Positions 14,890 through 28,016 of a stretch of 64,000 nucleotides of DNA are shown piece after piece. A model generated the notes under the pieces. The model was not told the origin of the DNA and ran no database searches. It saw only the letters and a program-made list of their open reading frames with translations. The stretch comes from Octopus sinensis (lineage: Eukaryota). Both the position numbers and the translations under genes were made by a program. The stretch is from positions 19,811-83,810 of the forward strand of contig NW_021833083.1 of assembly GCF_006345805.1 (NCBI RefSeq). The letters run 5' to 3'. Positions within the stretch are counted from its first letter, which is position 1. Every line of letters begins with the position of its first letter.

Positions 14890-14925
14890 GATGATGATGA
14901 TGATGGTGATGGTGCTAGTTGTTGC
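14140..14925 (-). mobile_element. Two family B SINEs (about 14297-14512 and 14607-14808) with adjoining trinucleotide arrays
   Basis: SINE bodies on the minus strand; (CAC/CTA)n, (CTA/TAA)n and (TAA/TGA)n arrays abut them. Confidence 0.85.
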
Positions 14926-15821
14926 CAACAACACCAGCAAGTGGAATAACAAAATCAACTCAAGGGAGCAAAAATAAAGATAAAAAAATAAGGAATTAAA
15001 GAATGATAAAACTACAAGTTCGATTCGACAATTAATCTTTCGTACAAAACAACGTTGGGCGTTGCGGTTAGGTATTAGTTAAGCTTTACAAATCAATCTT
15101 TCTTCCAACGGTAGGACCACTGCCATCAATTCGTGACTAAGTGCATCGAACCGATGTGAAAGCGGGTGCTAAACGGCAAGGAACAGCCTGCTCCATTAGC
15201 AGACACTTCTGTCAATGTGCACGACTGAAGGAAGGCTGCGAAATCTTATTCTTAGATAGCGACATTCTAATGACGGTGTGATGAATACACTAGTCTATCC
15301 AGGCCACTCATCAGACTAGCTAGCAAATTGCTGCTTTCCAATCGGGCATTATCATGCAAGCGTGCTGACCTGGCAAGTAAAATTTTTGTTCATCAATTTG
15401 TAATTGTCACCAAAAATATTCTGTTTTCATGTAAATAATTCCATAAAAATTCTCCACAGCACTCCATTCCACAAATTATTTCTTCCTTGCTGCATTAGTA
15501 GAAAGAAATGCACGTAACTCAATATAGAATCCTAATTCTGTTATTCCACTATCTTGAGACTCTTTACTCTCTTGCTATGATACAAGCTACACATTTGTAA
15601 GGAAAAAGTACAGTATATCAAATCGATTGTATTACTTTATAGGGTAAATTTAGAGTATTTGTTCTATAGATATTCTATTACTTGTATATTAATTCTATCG
15701 AGGTCGGAAGGGTGAAATGAAATGTTAAATCAAAAACATCAAGGGACGTAGGTCCCAATTCTGCCATACACTAATCTCAACAGAAAATTTGTTCTGAATG
15801 TACATTCGTATTTTACAAGTG

Positions 15822-15873
<52 letters not shown>

Positions 15874-15959
15874 TAAACACAATAATAGCTATATAATAAT
15901 ATATATACTCCGATTTAAAGCGACGTTTATATATAAACAATTGACTGAAAAATGTTGAG

Positions 15960-16040
15960 CTAACCATGGCCAGAATCGAACCTACAAATTAACGCTTACA
16001 CGGCTCCTTGCGCATCCGATTGGGCCAAACGCTCACCCAT
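15960..16040 (-). other. tRNA-like A/B-box segment (SINE head or tRNA pseudogene)
   Basis: Minus strand TGGCCCAATCGG...GGTTCGATTCTGGCC; no clean cloverleaf. Confidence 0.4.
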
Positions 16041-16067
16041 AAATTCTAACCAAATTTTAACCAAATT

Positions 16068-16139
<72 letters not shown>

Positions 16140-16146
16140 ACATACA

Positions 16147-16179
<33 letters not shown>

Positions 16180-16399
16180 TTATACTCCACACACGCATAT
16201 ATGCATATGAAAGCATGTTTGCATGTATACATATATGTATGTACGTATTGGCAGAATTGTCAGAGTGTTCGGATAGAATATCTTACAATATTCGCTTCAG
16301 CTCTGTACTCTCAATTCAATTCCCTTTGAGGTCAATTTTGTCTATCATTTTTTTGGGTGTCGATAAATAAAGCACTAGTCCAGTAACTTGGGACGATTT

Positions 16400-16770
16400 C
16401 TATGGTCAGAACAAAGGCTAACGAAGCTGTTGTATCTTTCAACGAATAGTCCTAAATGTGAAATGGCAGTAACGTATGACAAACGAATGACTTTATGGAA
16501 ACCTGCTGAAAGTTAGCAAGAAGATCAGGCAAAGCCGGCTGCGACTGTCTGGGCACTGCGCTCGCCACCCTGAACTGGAAGCATCCAAATTAGTCATGTG
16601 GGACCCACTTCATGGTGATGTAAGAAGAGGAGAGTGTCACACATCAACAACTTGTTCACAGACACTGGCCTGGAATGTAACCAGGACCTTGAGGCAGTGA
16701 TGTTGAATCGAGAAGTATGGCAGGTGGACTTTGTTGCAGTGACTCGGGTTGGAACCCGGCCATAATAAAT
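16400..16770 (+). mobile_element. RTE-clade LINE 3' fragment
   Basis: Translates to LYGNLLKVSKKIRQSRLRLSGHCARHPELEASKLVMWDPLHG...MLNREVW, a typical RTE C-terminus. Confidence 0.8.
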
Positions 16771-16940
16771 AACAGGGACTATTATTCTTTCTCCCATTCT
16801 CTCTGTATTGTACCCGTGATTTAATGCTCCTACAATGTCTCACTCTATCACATTGATTGGGTTAAAAATTACTTTAAAAGGGTGCATGTGTCTGCCAAAT
16901 ACTCAGCCACTCAAACATAAGTTTCGTGAGCAGGAATTTA

Positions 16941-17482
16941 TTGGGTTGTCCAGAAAGTTCGTGCCGAATTATAGTAGCTTTCCTTTCGACTTATTTTAGA
17001 ACACGGTTGAGTCCATAAAATAGGATTTGACTACACCTTCATTTAGAGCACAGTTTAAGCTGTCTTTTCGTGGAAGAAGGTTTATGTGCCTATAACATGG
17101 AGTTAATTCTGTAACCTTTTAAAATGGAAGATAAGAAAGTTCATTTTCGGCATTTGATGCTTTGGGAACCAGGCAAAAATTGCTGCAGCTCTATATTCAC
17201 CAGATATTGCTTCTTCGGATTTCCACTTATTTAGGTCTCTTCAGAATAGTCTTAATGGTAAAAAATGAAATTCCTTGGCTGACGTAAAACGATACCTTGA
17301 TGAATTCTTTGCCATGAAACCATCTCAATTCTGGGAAGAGGATATTTTCAAGTTAAAGGAAAAATGGAGACGCATTGTGCAACAAAATGGTTCATATTTG
17401 GTTGATTAAAAATGTAATGGCAAGTATTTATTGACCTTTTTCTTTCCTTTAAAAATCGGCACGAACTTTCCGGACAACCCAA
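16941..17482 (+). mobile_element. Internally deleted mariner (mellifera-like), 542 bp
   Basis: TIR TTGGGTTGTCCAGAAAGTTCGTGCCGA / TCGGCACGAACTTTCCGGACAACCCAA with TA flanks; MEDKKVHFRHLML (ATG at 17124) fused to YSPDIASSDFHLFRSLQN. Confidence 0.93.
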
Positions 17483-17559
17483 TAGTTTGTTCAACAATTG
17501 AATACTCATTGTGAAGACATGTATCGCTCGAAATACCAGCTAATATCTGACGCTATTTG

Positions 17560-17750
17560 AGCCTTTAGCACTCAGATTATTCTGTCAAATGTAATATTTA
17601 TTCATATTGTTCTGAATTAATCATGTATTATCTTATAGTTTAGATATTTTGATGATATGGTTGCTTAGTTTTAGAATGACGTTGTAGGGTTGAAGTGAAA
17701 AGCCAAATCTGGCCAGTCTGAACATAAAACGTTAAATATTTTGGCCAAGT
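17560..17750 (+). mobile_element. Degenerate MITE-like interspersed repeat fragment
   Basis: CCTTTAGCACTCAGATTATTCTGTCAAATG start recalls a common octopus (TTAA)CCCTTTAGCA element; from memory only. Confidence 0.35.
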
Positions 17751-18127
17751 CTCGGTGCTTCAGTAAACTTGACATATCTCAGCAGAAAATAGTTTCAGAC
17801 ATGACATTCGTCAACTAAAGATAGGCTGGTATATAAAATTGCATTCTACAGTTAAGGATATTGAAAATTTTAATGGATATATCTGATTTCCACAGTATAA
17901 GTGTTAAAAGTAAATTTATCATCTGCTAACGAAGATCTGATTTCCTCCTACCTACAAAATTTAAAATTTCCTGATATTTATTAATTTTTAAAAAAAGTTA
18001 TGTCCCGTTAATGTCGGGAATCACTAATAATTACTGCTATAATTTTATTTTCTGTTCTTCAAAAGGAAAATTTTACTTCATTTAGAATATTTTTGCACAC
18101 ATCATTCGGTACAACACCACCTGCGGT

Positions 18128-18310
18128 GGAGGCGCAATGCCGCAGGGATTAGGGCAGCGGACTCGCGGTCGTAAGAACGCGGTTTCGATTCCCAGACCGG
18201 GCATTGTGAGAGTTTATTGAGCAAAAACACCTAGGCTCCACGAGGCTCCGGCGGGGAGGGGTGGTGAACTCCGCTGTACTCTTTCACCACAACTTTCTCT
18301 CACTGTTTCT
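18128..18310 (+). mobile_element. tRNA-derived SINE head/body (third family)
   Basis: GGAGGCGCAATG...GGATTAGGGCAGCGGACTCGCGGTCG...GGTTTCGATTCCCAG with A/B boxes. Confidence 0.7.
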
Positions 18311-19253
18311 TCCTACTGCTGCCACAAAGCAGAGGAACCATGGTGTAACCCACTATAGTGTGGTAAACTTTCAGACCCTAGTCTAGATTGCGAATCCGCT
18401 GTACCCCAGGATGGTTCAGCTCTTCGCCCGTTAGAAGCCGCCGTTTACGGAATGAGGATAACAACGTAGCTTTCGCGCCCGTGCAACCGCCAGTCTATCG
18501 CGTGTGGTAGGTGGATCTTCAAGTTGCTATACGCATTCTTAGTAGCTTAGGGTAGGCTCGAATTAGAGATTATTCTTTGTGGCTAGTGGCGTGAGTCCTG
18601 ATTGGAAGAAGAAGAAGAAGAAGAAGAAGAAGAAGACACTACCTACGAGAGTTATCTAAATTCAAGTATTGGTCCTAATGTACTTTACCTGCAGTTAGAA
18701 TTGTTTGTGACATTTTCTACAAGACAAAAGTCTAAATTCACGAATCGGAGTCATAAGGATAAAAAAACTGTACTGCGCTTATGAGATATAATAACGCCGA
18801 ACATAATATGTTTATAGCTTTCACATCGCTCAACAACAAGCAAAAAATTCCCACCCCCACCAGAATAAAAATTAAATTCACTAATTATCATGCCTTTTCT
18901 TTAAGAGTAATAGACAGTTGTTACTAGGTTTTTGTCGTTTTTCTTCGGCTAAAATGTCAAATATCAATATATTAAGAATCGTTTTGCTATCATTCATTTA
19001 GTACATCAATAGTTTATAGATGAAAGATCCATTTATTTTCTTACATCTAGCTGCTATACAAAAGATGCAGAGCATACACATATGGAATCATATAATTTAA
19101 CTTGTTATTTCCGTCTTCACACATTGTACGACCCTTCACAACTCTGGACGGGTTGTTTTAAGTATACACTCACAGACACACTTATGCAAACACACACAAA
19201 TACACACACATGTAGGCATAGGCATTTATATGTGACGTATTTAGAAATATAAG

Positions 19254-19299
<46 letters not shown>

Positions 19300-19437
19300 G
19301 TACACACACACACACACACATATATACACATATATATATATATACATTCACACACTCACACACAGTTTATCTATCTATCTATCTATCTATCTATATATCT
19401 ATCTATCTATCTATCTATCTACCTATCTATCTATCTA

Positions 19438-19485
<48 letters not shown>

Positions 19486-19849
19486 CTTGCCTGAGTGTCT
19501 ATCTAACTATCTAAAATTACATACATATAGAATATAAAGAAAGTTAGGAGGTATTAGATGAAGATATTTCACCAATTGATATCTATAAGATGACGGCTGT
19601 TTCACTGTTAACATCGTGCAAATATAATTTATTTTTGTGTATAATAAATTATTTTACATGTTTGCACTACTATGTATGCTATAAATTGCATAATTCTGTT
19701 GTACATTTTACAAACCAATGCAGATATAGAAGGCTAGCTCTTCAGATCGACAGAATATCATGGTTACATCAATTTTCAACTCCGGTTTACTATATGGTAT
19801 GTAGATGGGTCCAATAAAGGAGTTTTTTTTGTGATTACCACCGGATTAT

Positions 19850-20112
19850 ATAAATCCATATATTCTTTTCCAATCTATGTACGGGGACGTAAACACATTA
19901 ACGCTGGTTGTGAAGCGGTAGCAGGGGACATTTACGACGGGCTGCTTTCAGTTTCTGCTTATCAAATTCACTCACGTGGCTTTGGTCGGCCTAGGGCTAT
20001 AATAGAAAACACTTGTCCGAGGCCACACGCAGTGAGACTGAACCCTGAACCATGTGGTTGGGAAACAAATTGCTTACCACGCCTGAGCCTATTAAACAGT
20101 CACGCCTACGCC
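19850..20112 (-). mobile_element. Diverged family A SINE
   Basis: Homologous to the 1281 copy; lacks the internal microsatellite. Confidence 0.8.
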
Positions 20113-20148
20113 TATTAAAAAGAAATCAGAAACTAGCACTATATACAT

Positions 20149-20263
<115 letters not shown>

Positions 20264-20758
20264 TACACACACGCACATGTATAAAGGCGTATGTGATAGA
20301 TAAATCAATGGAAAATTTGCTAACGCTTTTATTAAGAATCAAAATATTAATTTTTTTTCGAGGAAACTAAATCGTTTATATGATAACATAAAATGTTTGT
20401 TTATGCATAAACAAAACTTTATAATCAATAATTATACATGATTATATACTAAAATTATCTTTTAAGCTTTTTAATCATTCAGATATCTGTCTAATCATAG
20501 TGTCTACAAGATTTTTCAATAATGCAAATATTTATTCATACCATTATTCCTAACTGACGCAGATAACGATTTCTTGTTTTTAAAAGTTCTTGAATTTCAT
20601 TTTGATTGAATCATATTCCATAAATTTTCAATAAAGTTTAGGTTTGGAGATTGTTGAGGCGAAAATAATGTCTGAATTCGAAGACGTTGCAGAAATGTTT
20701 TCACTAATTAGATAGAATGAATAGAAAAATTACCATGCTGGTATTTAGCCAGTTTAAT

Positions 20759-22234
20759 AAAAAAAAAAAAATAACCGTTGTAGAAAGTAGAAAATATTAT
20801 GTTTTAAAAAAAATTTCTTCTATGTAATATAATTGTTTCTAAATTAAGCCCAAGGGCAATAATTTTGAACTGGAAAAAATAAGTCGATTACATCGGCCCC
20901 AGTACAGGATTGAGTACATCGTGATTAGGTGAATGCAGTGGACGTTTGTTTGACTTGAACTTTCGTGGTTCGGCAAGATAAACGTGTGCAGTGGCCTGGC
21001 GGGCATAAATAAAAAGAATTATAGTTTTCGTGGAAAAGAATTAGAGCAAGTGGATTGATATGTAGAAGAGAAACTAGTGCCTCGTACGTTACAAGGATGG
21101 GATGCTTTATAACAGGAGCGGATATATAATGATTATAATAGTTGTAGAAGGAACGCAGAGAAGAAACAATACTTCTGTTGGCAAGTGGTTGTTGCTATTA
21201 ACCACAGGTCAGCTGAGAACTGGTTAGACCTATGTTTGATAACGTTCCATTCGTGACTAATCCATCGAATATTTTATTTTCTAACCTTGAAAAGTAAGCC
21301 TGCTATTTGTGATGCAGTGTCAATGATAATTCGTATGTATGCTTTCGTGTTAGGAACGGACGAGAGAAATCGTTTTGGTGCTTATGTTAGAAATCACAAT
21401 TTTTATTGGGAATGTATATGCATTTAAGTTTATTGAGGAAATTATTGGATCGCGAATGCTTTTATAAAACGATGAATGAATGAATGTCTCAACATACGAT
21501 CCCTCATTCCACATAAATCTGAGGCATAATGCCTCTCATAGGAATCACTCTTTATATTTTCACATTTTGTCATTTACAGCTATATTCTCACATTATTTTT
21601 TCTTCCGTGTTTTTTTTTTGTATCTGTCATTCATACTCTTACTGTTCGTTTTTGTTGTTGGGTAGGGGGGACAAGAAAAGAAAAGGGGAATCCGGCTGTT
21701 GTCATTTAAAAAAAATTTCTGTCCATCTTTTTTTTTTTTAACCGACATTTTCTGCTTCTTTTTATACTTCCTTAATCCTTTCCCAGTTTTTCTATATTTT
21801 TCTTCTCTTCTGATATTTTATCGTCCTTTGAATCCTTTGAAAACGTTTACTGATATGGATATTTTCAGTATAGACAAACTGCTCCACCCCCTATTCTTCT
21901 TCCTTCTTTTTTCTTCATTTCCTTATCTTATTTATTTATTTATTTTTTTTTACTCGCATCTTTCTGTTCTGTTCAATCATATTTGTTTATGTATCTCCAC
22001 ATCCTTCCATTTTTCAAAAAACTTACACCTCATATTCTACAGTTTCTATTCCCTTCAGCTTCATACACTCCTTTCTCATCAATTTCTCACATTTCTCTCT
22101 TTATTTTTCATACACATTTTTTTTTTCAATATTTCTGAAAACACATTCTATTTGTTTTACTTCTTTCTTTCCTCCCTTTTTGCACAGATTTCCATTTTAT
22201 TCACTCTGTTCATTTCTTGTTTTTCTTTTCTTCC

Positions 22235-22267
<33 letters not shown>

Positions 22268-23742
22268 ATTTCAAAAAAAAAAAAATAACCGTTGTAGAAA
22301 GTAGAAAATATTATGTTTTAAAAAAAATTTCTTCTATGTAATATAATTGTTTCTAAATTAAGCCCAAGGGCAATAATTTTGAACTGGAAAAAATAAGTCG
22401 ATTACATCGGCCCCAGTACAGGATTGAGTACATCGTGATTAGGTGAATGCAGTGGACGTTTGTTTGACTTGAACTTTCGTGGTTCGGCAAGATAAACGTG
22501 TGCAGTGGCCTGGCGGGCATAAATAAAAAGAATTATAGTTTTCGTGGAAAAGAATTAGAGCAAGTGGATTGATATGTAGAAGAGAAACTAGTGCCTCGTA
22601 CGTTACAAGGATGGGATGCTTTATAACAGGAGCGGATATATAATGATTATAATAGTTGTAGAAGGAACGCAGAGAAGAAACAATACTTCTGTTGGCAAGT
22701 GGTTGTTGCTATTAACCACAGGTCAGCTGAGAACTGGTTAGACCTATGTTTGATAACGTTCCATTCGTGACTAATCCATCGAATATTTTATTTTCTAACC
22801 TTGAAAAGTAAGCCTGCTATTTGTGATGCAGTGTCAATGATAATTCGTATGTATGCTTTCGTGTTAGGAACGGACGAGAGAAATCGTTTTGGTGCTTATG
22901 TTAGAAATCACAATTTTTATTGGGAATGTATATGCATTTAAGTTTATTGAGGAAATTATTGGATCGCGAATGCTTTTATAAAACGATGAATGAATGAATG
23001 TCTCAACATACGATCCCTCATTCCACATAAATCTGAGGCATAATGCCTCTCATAGGAATCACTCTTTATATTTTCACATTTTGTCATTACAGCTATATTC
23101 TCACATTATTTTTTCTTCCGTGTTTTTTTTTTGTATCTGTCATTCATACTCTTACTGTTCGTTTTTGTTGTTGGGTAGGGGGGACAAGAAAAGAAAAGGG
23201 GAATCCGGCTGTTGTCATTTAAAAAAAATTTCTGTCCATCTTTTTTTTTTTTAACCGACATTTTCTGCTTCTTTTTATACTTCCTTAATCCTTTCCCAGT
23301 TTTTCTATATTTTTCTTCTCTTCTGATATTTTATCGTCCTTTGAATCCTTTGAAAACGTTTACTGATATGGATATTTTCAGTATAGACAAACTGCTCCAC
23401 CCCCTATTCTTCTTCCTTCTTTTTTCTTCATTTCCTTATCTTATTTATTTATTTTTTTTTACTCGCATCTTTCTGTTCTGTTCAATCATATTTGTTTATG
23501 TATCTCCACATCCTTCCATTTTTCAAAAAACTTACACCTCATATTCTACAGTTTCTATTCCCTTCAGCTTCATACACTCCTTTCTCATCAATTTCTCACA
23601 TTTCTCTCTTTATTTTTCATACACATTTTTTTTTTCAATATTTCTGAAAACACATTCTATTTGTTTTACTTCTTTCTTTCCTCCCTTTTTGCACAGATTT
23701 CCATTTTATTCACTCTGTTCATTTCTTGTTTTTCTTTTCTCC

Positions 23743-23775
<33 letters not shown>

Positions 23776-23793
23776 ATTTCAAAAAAAAAAAAA
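20759..23793. repeat. Tandem duplication, period 1514 bp (copies about 20759-22272 and 22273-23793)
   Basis: TAACCGTTGTAGAAAG at 20772 and 22286; copies differ almost only in homopolymer or microsatellite length. Confidence 0.97.
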
Positions 23794-24494
23794 TTATTTT
23801 TTGCTGTTGTTTTATAATCTGTTATTTCATTGCCAACTTACCGTCACCTAAATTCTACTTTATTAAAGTACTCGATCTATCTCTGTATTCATCTCCGTTA
23901 GTCAACGTATTATTGCTTCTTTTCATTCTCCAACTTCTCATTTCTGACTTTCGCTACTGTTTCTTCCTCAACACTTTCCGATTCTTTCCTCTTTCCTTCC
24001 TGTTATGATATTGTGTCATATTCGTAAATTTTCGTTGATTTTCCTCCTATTTCATCAGGTTCCTCCTGTCATCATTTTGGTGTCCTCTTCCCTGATTGTG
24101 CATCCTTTTCCAGAACTCTTTATCATATATACAATTGCTTGTGATTTGCACATTTTCCTCATATTTTCTCGACTGTACCTTTCTTACCCTGTCTTTCTCT
24201 CCTTTTCTTCCTTCTTTTTCTTTATATTTGAGCCTATATACATATATACTCTTACATATATATATATGAGCTCAAAATGAATGCATATAGTTTTCATTTA
24301 ATATGAGCATAGATTGCCATCAATCTGCATTTACGTATATTCATATATATATATATATATATATAGATATATATATATATATATGCAACATATATAACAT
24401 ATATAAATATAATACACATACATGTACATACATAAACATATACAGACGCACACACACGTATGTAGATACACACACATACTCTCTCATGTACATA

Positions 24495-24544
<50 letters not shown>

Positions 24545-25411
24545 TATATATATATATTGCATTTCTTCTGTATTTCTCCATTCCCGTCACATTTCTCTTT
24601 TCTTATCTGTTCAGAAATGTTTTTTTTCTCTCCAAAAGACAAATATTTGCTATCTATCCAATCCTTCCATTTGTTGTTTCTACACTTTTCACAATTTCCT
24701 GTTTATAACTATTCCATTCCATCTTCTTTCGTAACGTTTCGTCACTTCTCTATCACATTTATCTTTCCCTTCTTTAATTTCAGCCATTAAGAAGAGAAGT
24801 ATGGGAGGTATCCAAAAGGTAAAGATTTATTTTCTTACCCAAGAAATATTTGTTTTCTTATCCCCGAAGAGACCTGTAAGATAAAGCAAAATTGGGGTCA
24901 TATCAGTAGACTTCTTATGGCCATAAACACAGCGACGCTGAACCAGTTTAAACAAAGAGGAAGTCTTCGACAGAACAAAAGATTCATGTTCGTTTCGAGT
25001 TGTTGTTGACACAACTCAAAGACAATGAACAAAGTCCACGATGACCTAGTATTCTCCTATTTGTAATACTGTTCTCATTTCAATAGTCTGTGGCGAATTA
25101 ACATGGGCAGAGTTTACGAGAAGCGGGCCACATGAGAAATGGGTCATCATTATGCGAACCGCACTGCTAAACAAATTCAAGGATGTTTTTCCTTAGGTGT
25201 GCCATTGGAAAAAGTCCCGCCAGCCGTACTATGTATTAGAGCATATGACAAAACGCTTCGTGGAATTTTTTGCTAAGTGTTCAAATCCCACTAAGGTCAA
25301 ATTTGTCTTGCATTTCTTTAGAGTTGGTATTGTTAGAGTGTCCAACGAGATTCTTTGTGTTATTTCTACTGGATCTTGCAATCTGAGATCATATGTAACT
25401 GGTAGACTTAA

Positions 25412-25625
25412 TCTTTTCTACTCTAGGCACAAGAACCGAAATTTTGGGGGAGGGGGCCAGTCGATTAGATCGACCCCAGTACACAACTGGTACTTAATTT
25501 ATCGACCCCGAAGGATGAAAGGCAAAGTCGACCTCGGCGGAATTTGAAATCAGAACGTAACGGCAGACGAAATACGGCTACGCATTTCGCCCGGCGCGCT
25601 AACGATTCTACCAGCTCGCCGCCTT
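25412..25625 (-). mobile_element. Family B SINE, tail-B variant
   Basis: Full head and ...GTGCCTAGAGTAGAAAAGA tail. Confidence 0.9.
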
Positions 25626-25997
25626 AACCGAAAAGCAATATTATCATAATATATCATAACGATCTCATCTTATTTTCAAATACTTCCTATTATCTACTGT
25701 GTCTTTCACCTTTTTCTTTTCAGGGCAACCGCACGTGTGTATGATTTGAGTTGAGATTTGGTTCGAAAACATTTACTGTAGGATTGATGAGAAAATGATA
25801 AAATAGTGTTCCCAGAACATTTAGTTAATGAGAGTGACTCTCATGAATGAGTGACCCTCACTAATGGAAGCAGAATAAAAATGTTGAGATAAACAAGGAG
25901 CGAACTCGTGCTAAGAAAATATATATGCTTCTATCAGGACCCGTAACGGTCATTCCTTTTTCTTATCATTACGACATATGTATTTTCTTATACAAGA

Positions 25998-26510
25998 CTA
26001 GCAGTATCGCCCGGCATTGCTCGGGTTTGTAAGGGAAATAACTATATAAGCATTTTTAGAGAGTTACTTCCCTTATAGATGCCAATTCGGGCTTTCTTAG
26101 CCATTTCTGTTTTGGTGTCTTCAAGCCATGAAGTCGTTGCTCTAAAAGAACGCTGGTCTCCTTGACAACGCTTTACGACGTTGATTTCCTTACACTCCCT
26201 TCCCCACAGCTTCACGAGGGAGGGAAGAAGGGGGAGAAGCAAACAGGTGCAGGTGTGAGCGTGGACGCCAACTCCGTTGCCATCGACACACGAAAAATTA
26301 TGCATTAAAATGGAATAAAAAATGATGTTAAATTATTTTAAAAATCGTAGACTCATCGTAGACGCGAGCTAATACTCAGACGGGCTCGATATGAATCACG
26401 ACTATAAGATACCCGAATTTGGTTAAACTGCACCGCAAAATATGGGAGTAGTTAGGAATCTAAATCGAAGGGGACAGACACTCACACAACTACAGTTTTA
26501 TATATATAGA
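25998..26510 (-). mobile_element. Non-autonomous Helitron, 513 bp
   Basis: Minus strand A|TCTATATATATAAAA ... CCCGAGCAATGCCGGG hairpin ... CTAG|T; no TSD. Confidence 0.85.
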
Positions 26511-26829
26511 TTATTGGCTCCTTCGCAACTCAGTCTTACTTATCACATGAACGTCATCCGATTTCAATAAAACTAAGCATAATTCGAAATTTAAAGTTAC
26601 AGGCTACCGTTTCTTCCAAAAGGTTTCACCGTAAAGGGGAACATAGAGACATACATGCTCGTACATACAGATATACATTGGATTGCCTATGTTCAGTCCA
26701 CTGTGAATAACGGTCTGATGTGGAGGCCATGAGCTTGAGATCAAATTAGTTTGATGAGCAGACTCTCCCATATTAGCTCGACATGGCTCGGCAGAGGGGT
26801 GCAGTTTACTTTCATACTCTTACTCAGAA

Positions 26830-26998
26830 TTAGTTAAGTCGATTGCATCGGCTCTAGTGCTCAGCTGATACTTATCGATCTCGAAAGAATGAAAATAAAG
26901 TCGACCTCGCTGGAATTTGAACTCAGAACGTTACGACGGACGAAATACTGATAAGCATTTCGCCCGGCGTGCTAACGACTCTGCCAACTCGCCGCCTT
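26830..26998 (-). mobile_element. Family B SINE lacking its tail
   Basis: Head and central block are homologous to the other copies. Confidence 0.85.
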
Positions 26999-27091
26999 AC
27001 AGGTATGCATAAATAGATATATACACACAAACACGCACACACATAGATACACAGACATACACACAAACACACACACACGCACGCACACACA

Positions 27092-27122
<31 letters not shown>

Positions 27123-27318
27123 CATTCACCAGTCTGCAGCGCAGTTTTCATCTTCCAATTTATTGACCGATTCCACTCGTAAAACACTGGGGCAATAAAG
27201 ATACCTGTCTGCGACACCACACCTTAGGACAGAACCCTTGACCCCGTGGTCGCGAAGCGAAATCATTAACTACTCTGGCAATATATATCATATCTCTCTC
27301 CCCCTCTGATTGGTCTCT

Positions 27319-27358
<40 letters not shown>

Positions 27359-27605
27359 ATGTATGAATGCATGTATGTGTGTGTATGTGTGTGCGTATCG
27401 TTGTGGAGTCTCCTATCGTAGGAAGCAAACGATATGTTTATTGTGATCAAACGTCTATGCTCATTTCCTCCTTGAAATAGACATTGCTTGCACAAGTTCA
27501 CGGTGTGTCGCACGTCAGATGCTGGAGTGATTACAAAGCAACGTGAATGGAAGTGTTTCGCTCGGAAACAACAACGTACAATCGGTCCGGGAATCGAAAT
27601 CACGA

Positions 27606-27858
27606 TCATCCTCATCATCATCATTGTTCGACCGTGGTCGAGACAATGGAATTTACCATGCTACGCCAGACTTCACGGTCCATCATGGCATTACGGAGGT
27701 CCTGTTGCTGGATGCCTGTATCCCTGGAGATTACATCAGGGTAGGAGAGTGTGCGCCCTCTGGTATTGCGAGTAGATGGCTTCCAGAGGAGAAGAGTAGA
27801 AATTACTTCTTTTTCAGCTCTACAACAATGTCCACCAAACTGGACTCTCCTACCTTTC
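27606..27858 (-). mobile_element. RTE-clade LINE 3' fragment with (TGA)n tail
   Basis: GRRVQFGGHCCRAEKEVISTLLLWKP...MMDREVWRSMVNSIVSTTVEQ*; near-identical to the copy at 59631. Confidence 0.88.
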
Positions 27859-27971
27859 ACAAGAGATGACAAGTGATCGTGGATGTAACACCAAATCCGT
27901 TAGGCCATGCACCCTCTCACACACACACATACGCACACTCACATATACACACACATGCATGCATACACACA

Positions 27972-28016
<45 letters not shown>

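Noticed and set aside
15303-15325. CTGATGAG on the minus strand
   Set aside because: No GAAA box downstream; not a hammerhead.
21699-24280. 189-, 201- and 115-aa F/L/S-rich ORFs resembling membrane proteins
   Set aside because: Products of pyrimidine-rich low complexity; frames differ between the two duplicated copies.
24784-24818. 35-nt micro-exon candidate (CAG|...AAG|GTAAAG)
   Set aside because: The acceptor is a by-product of the T/C-rich tract; no partner exons.
25197-25547. 116-aa ORF
   Set aside because: Runs into a SINE; no recognisable domain.
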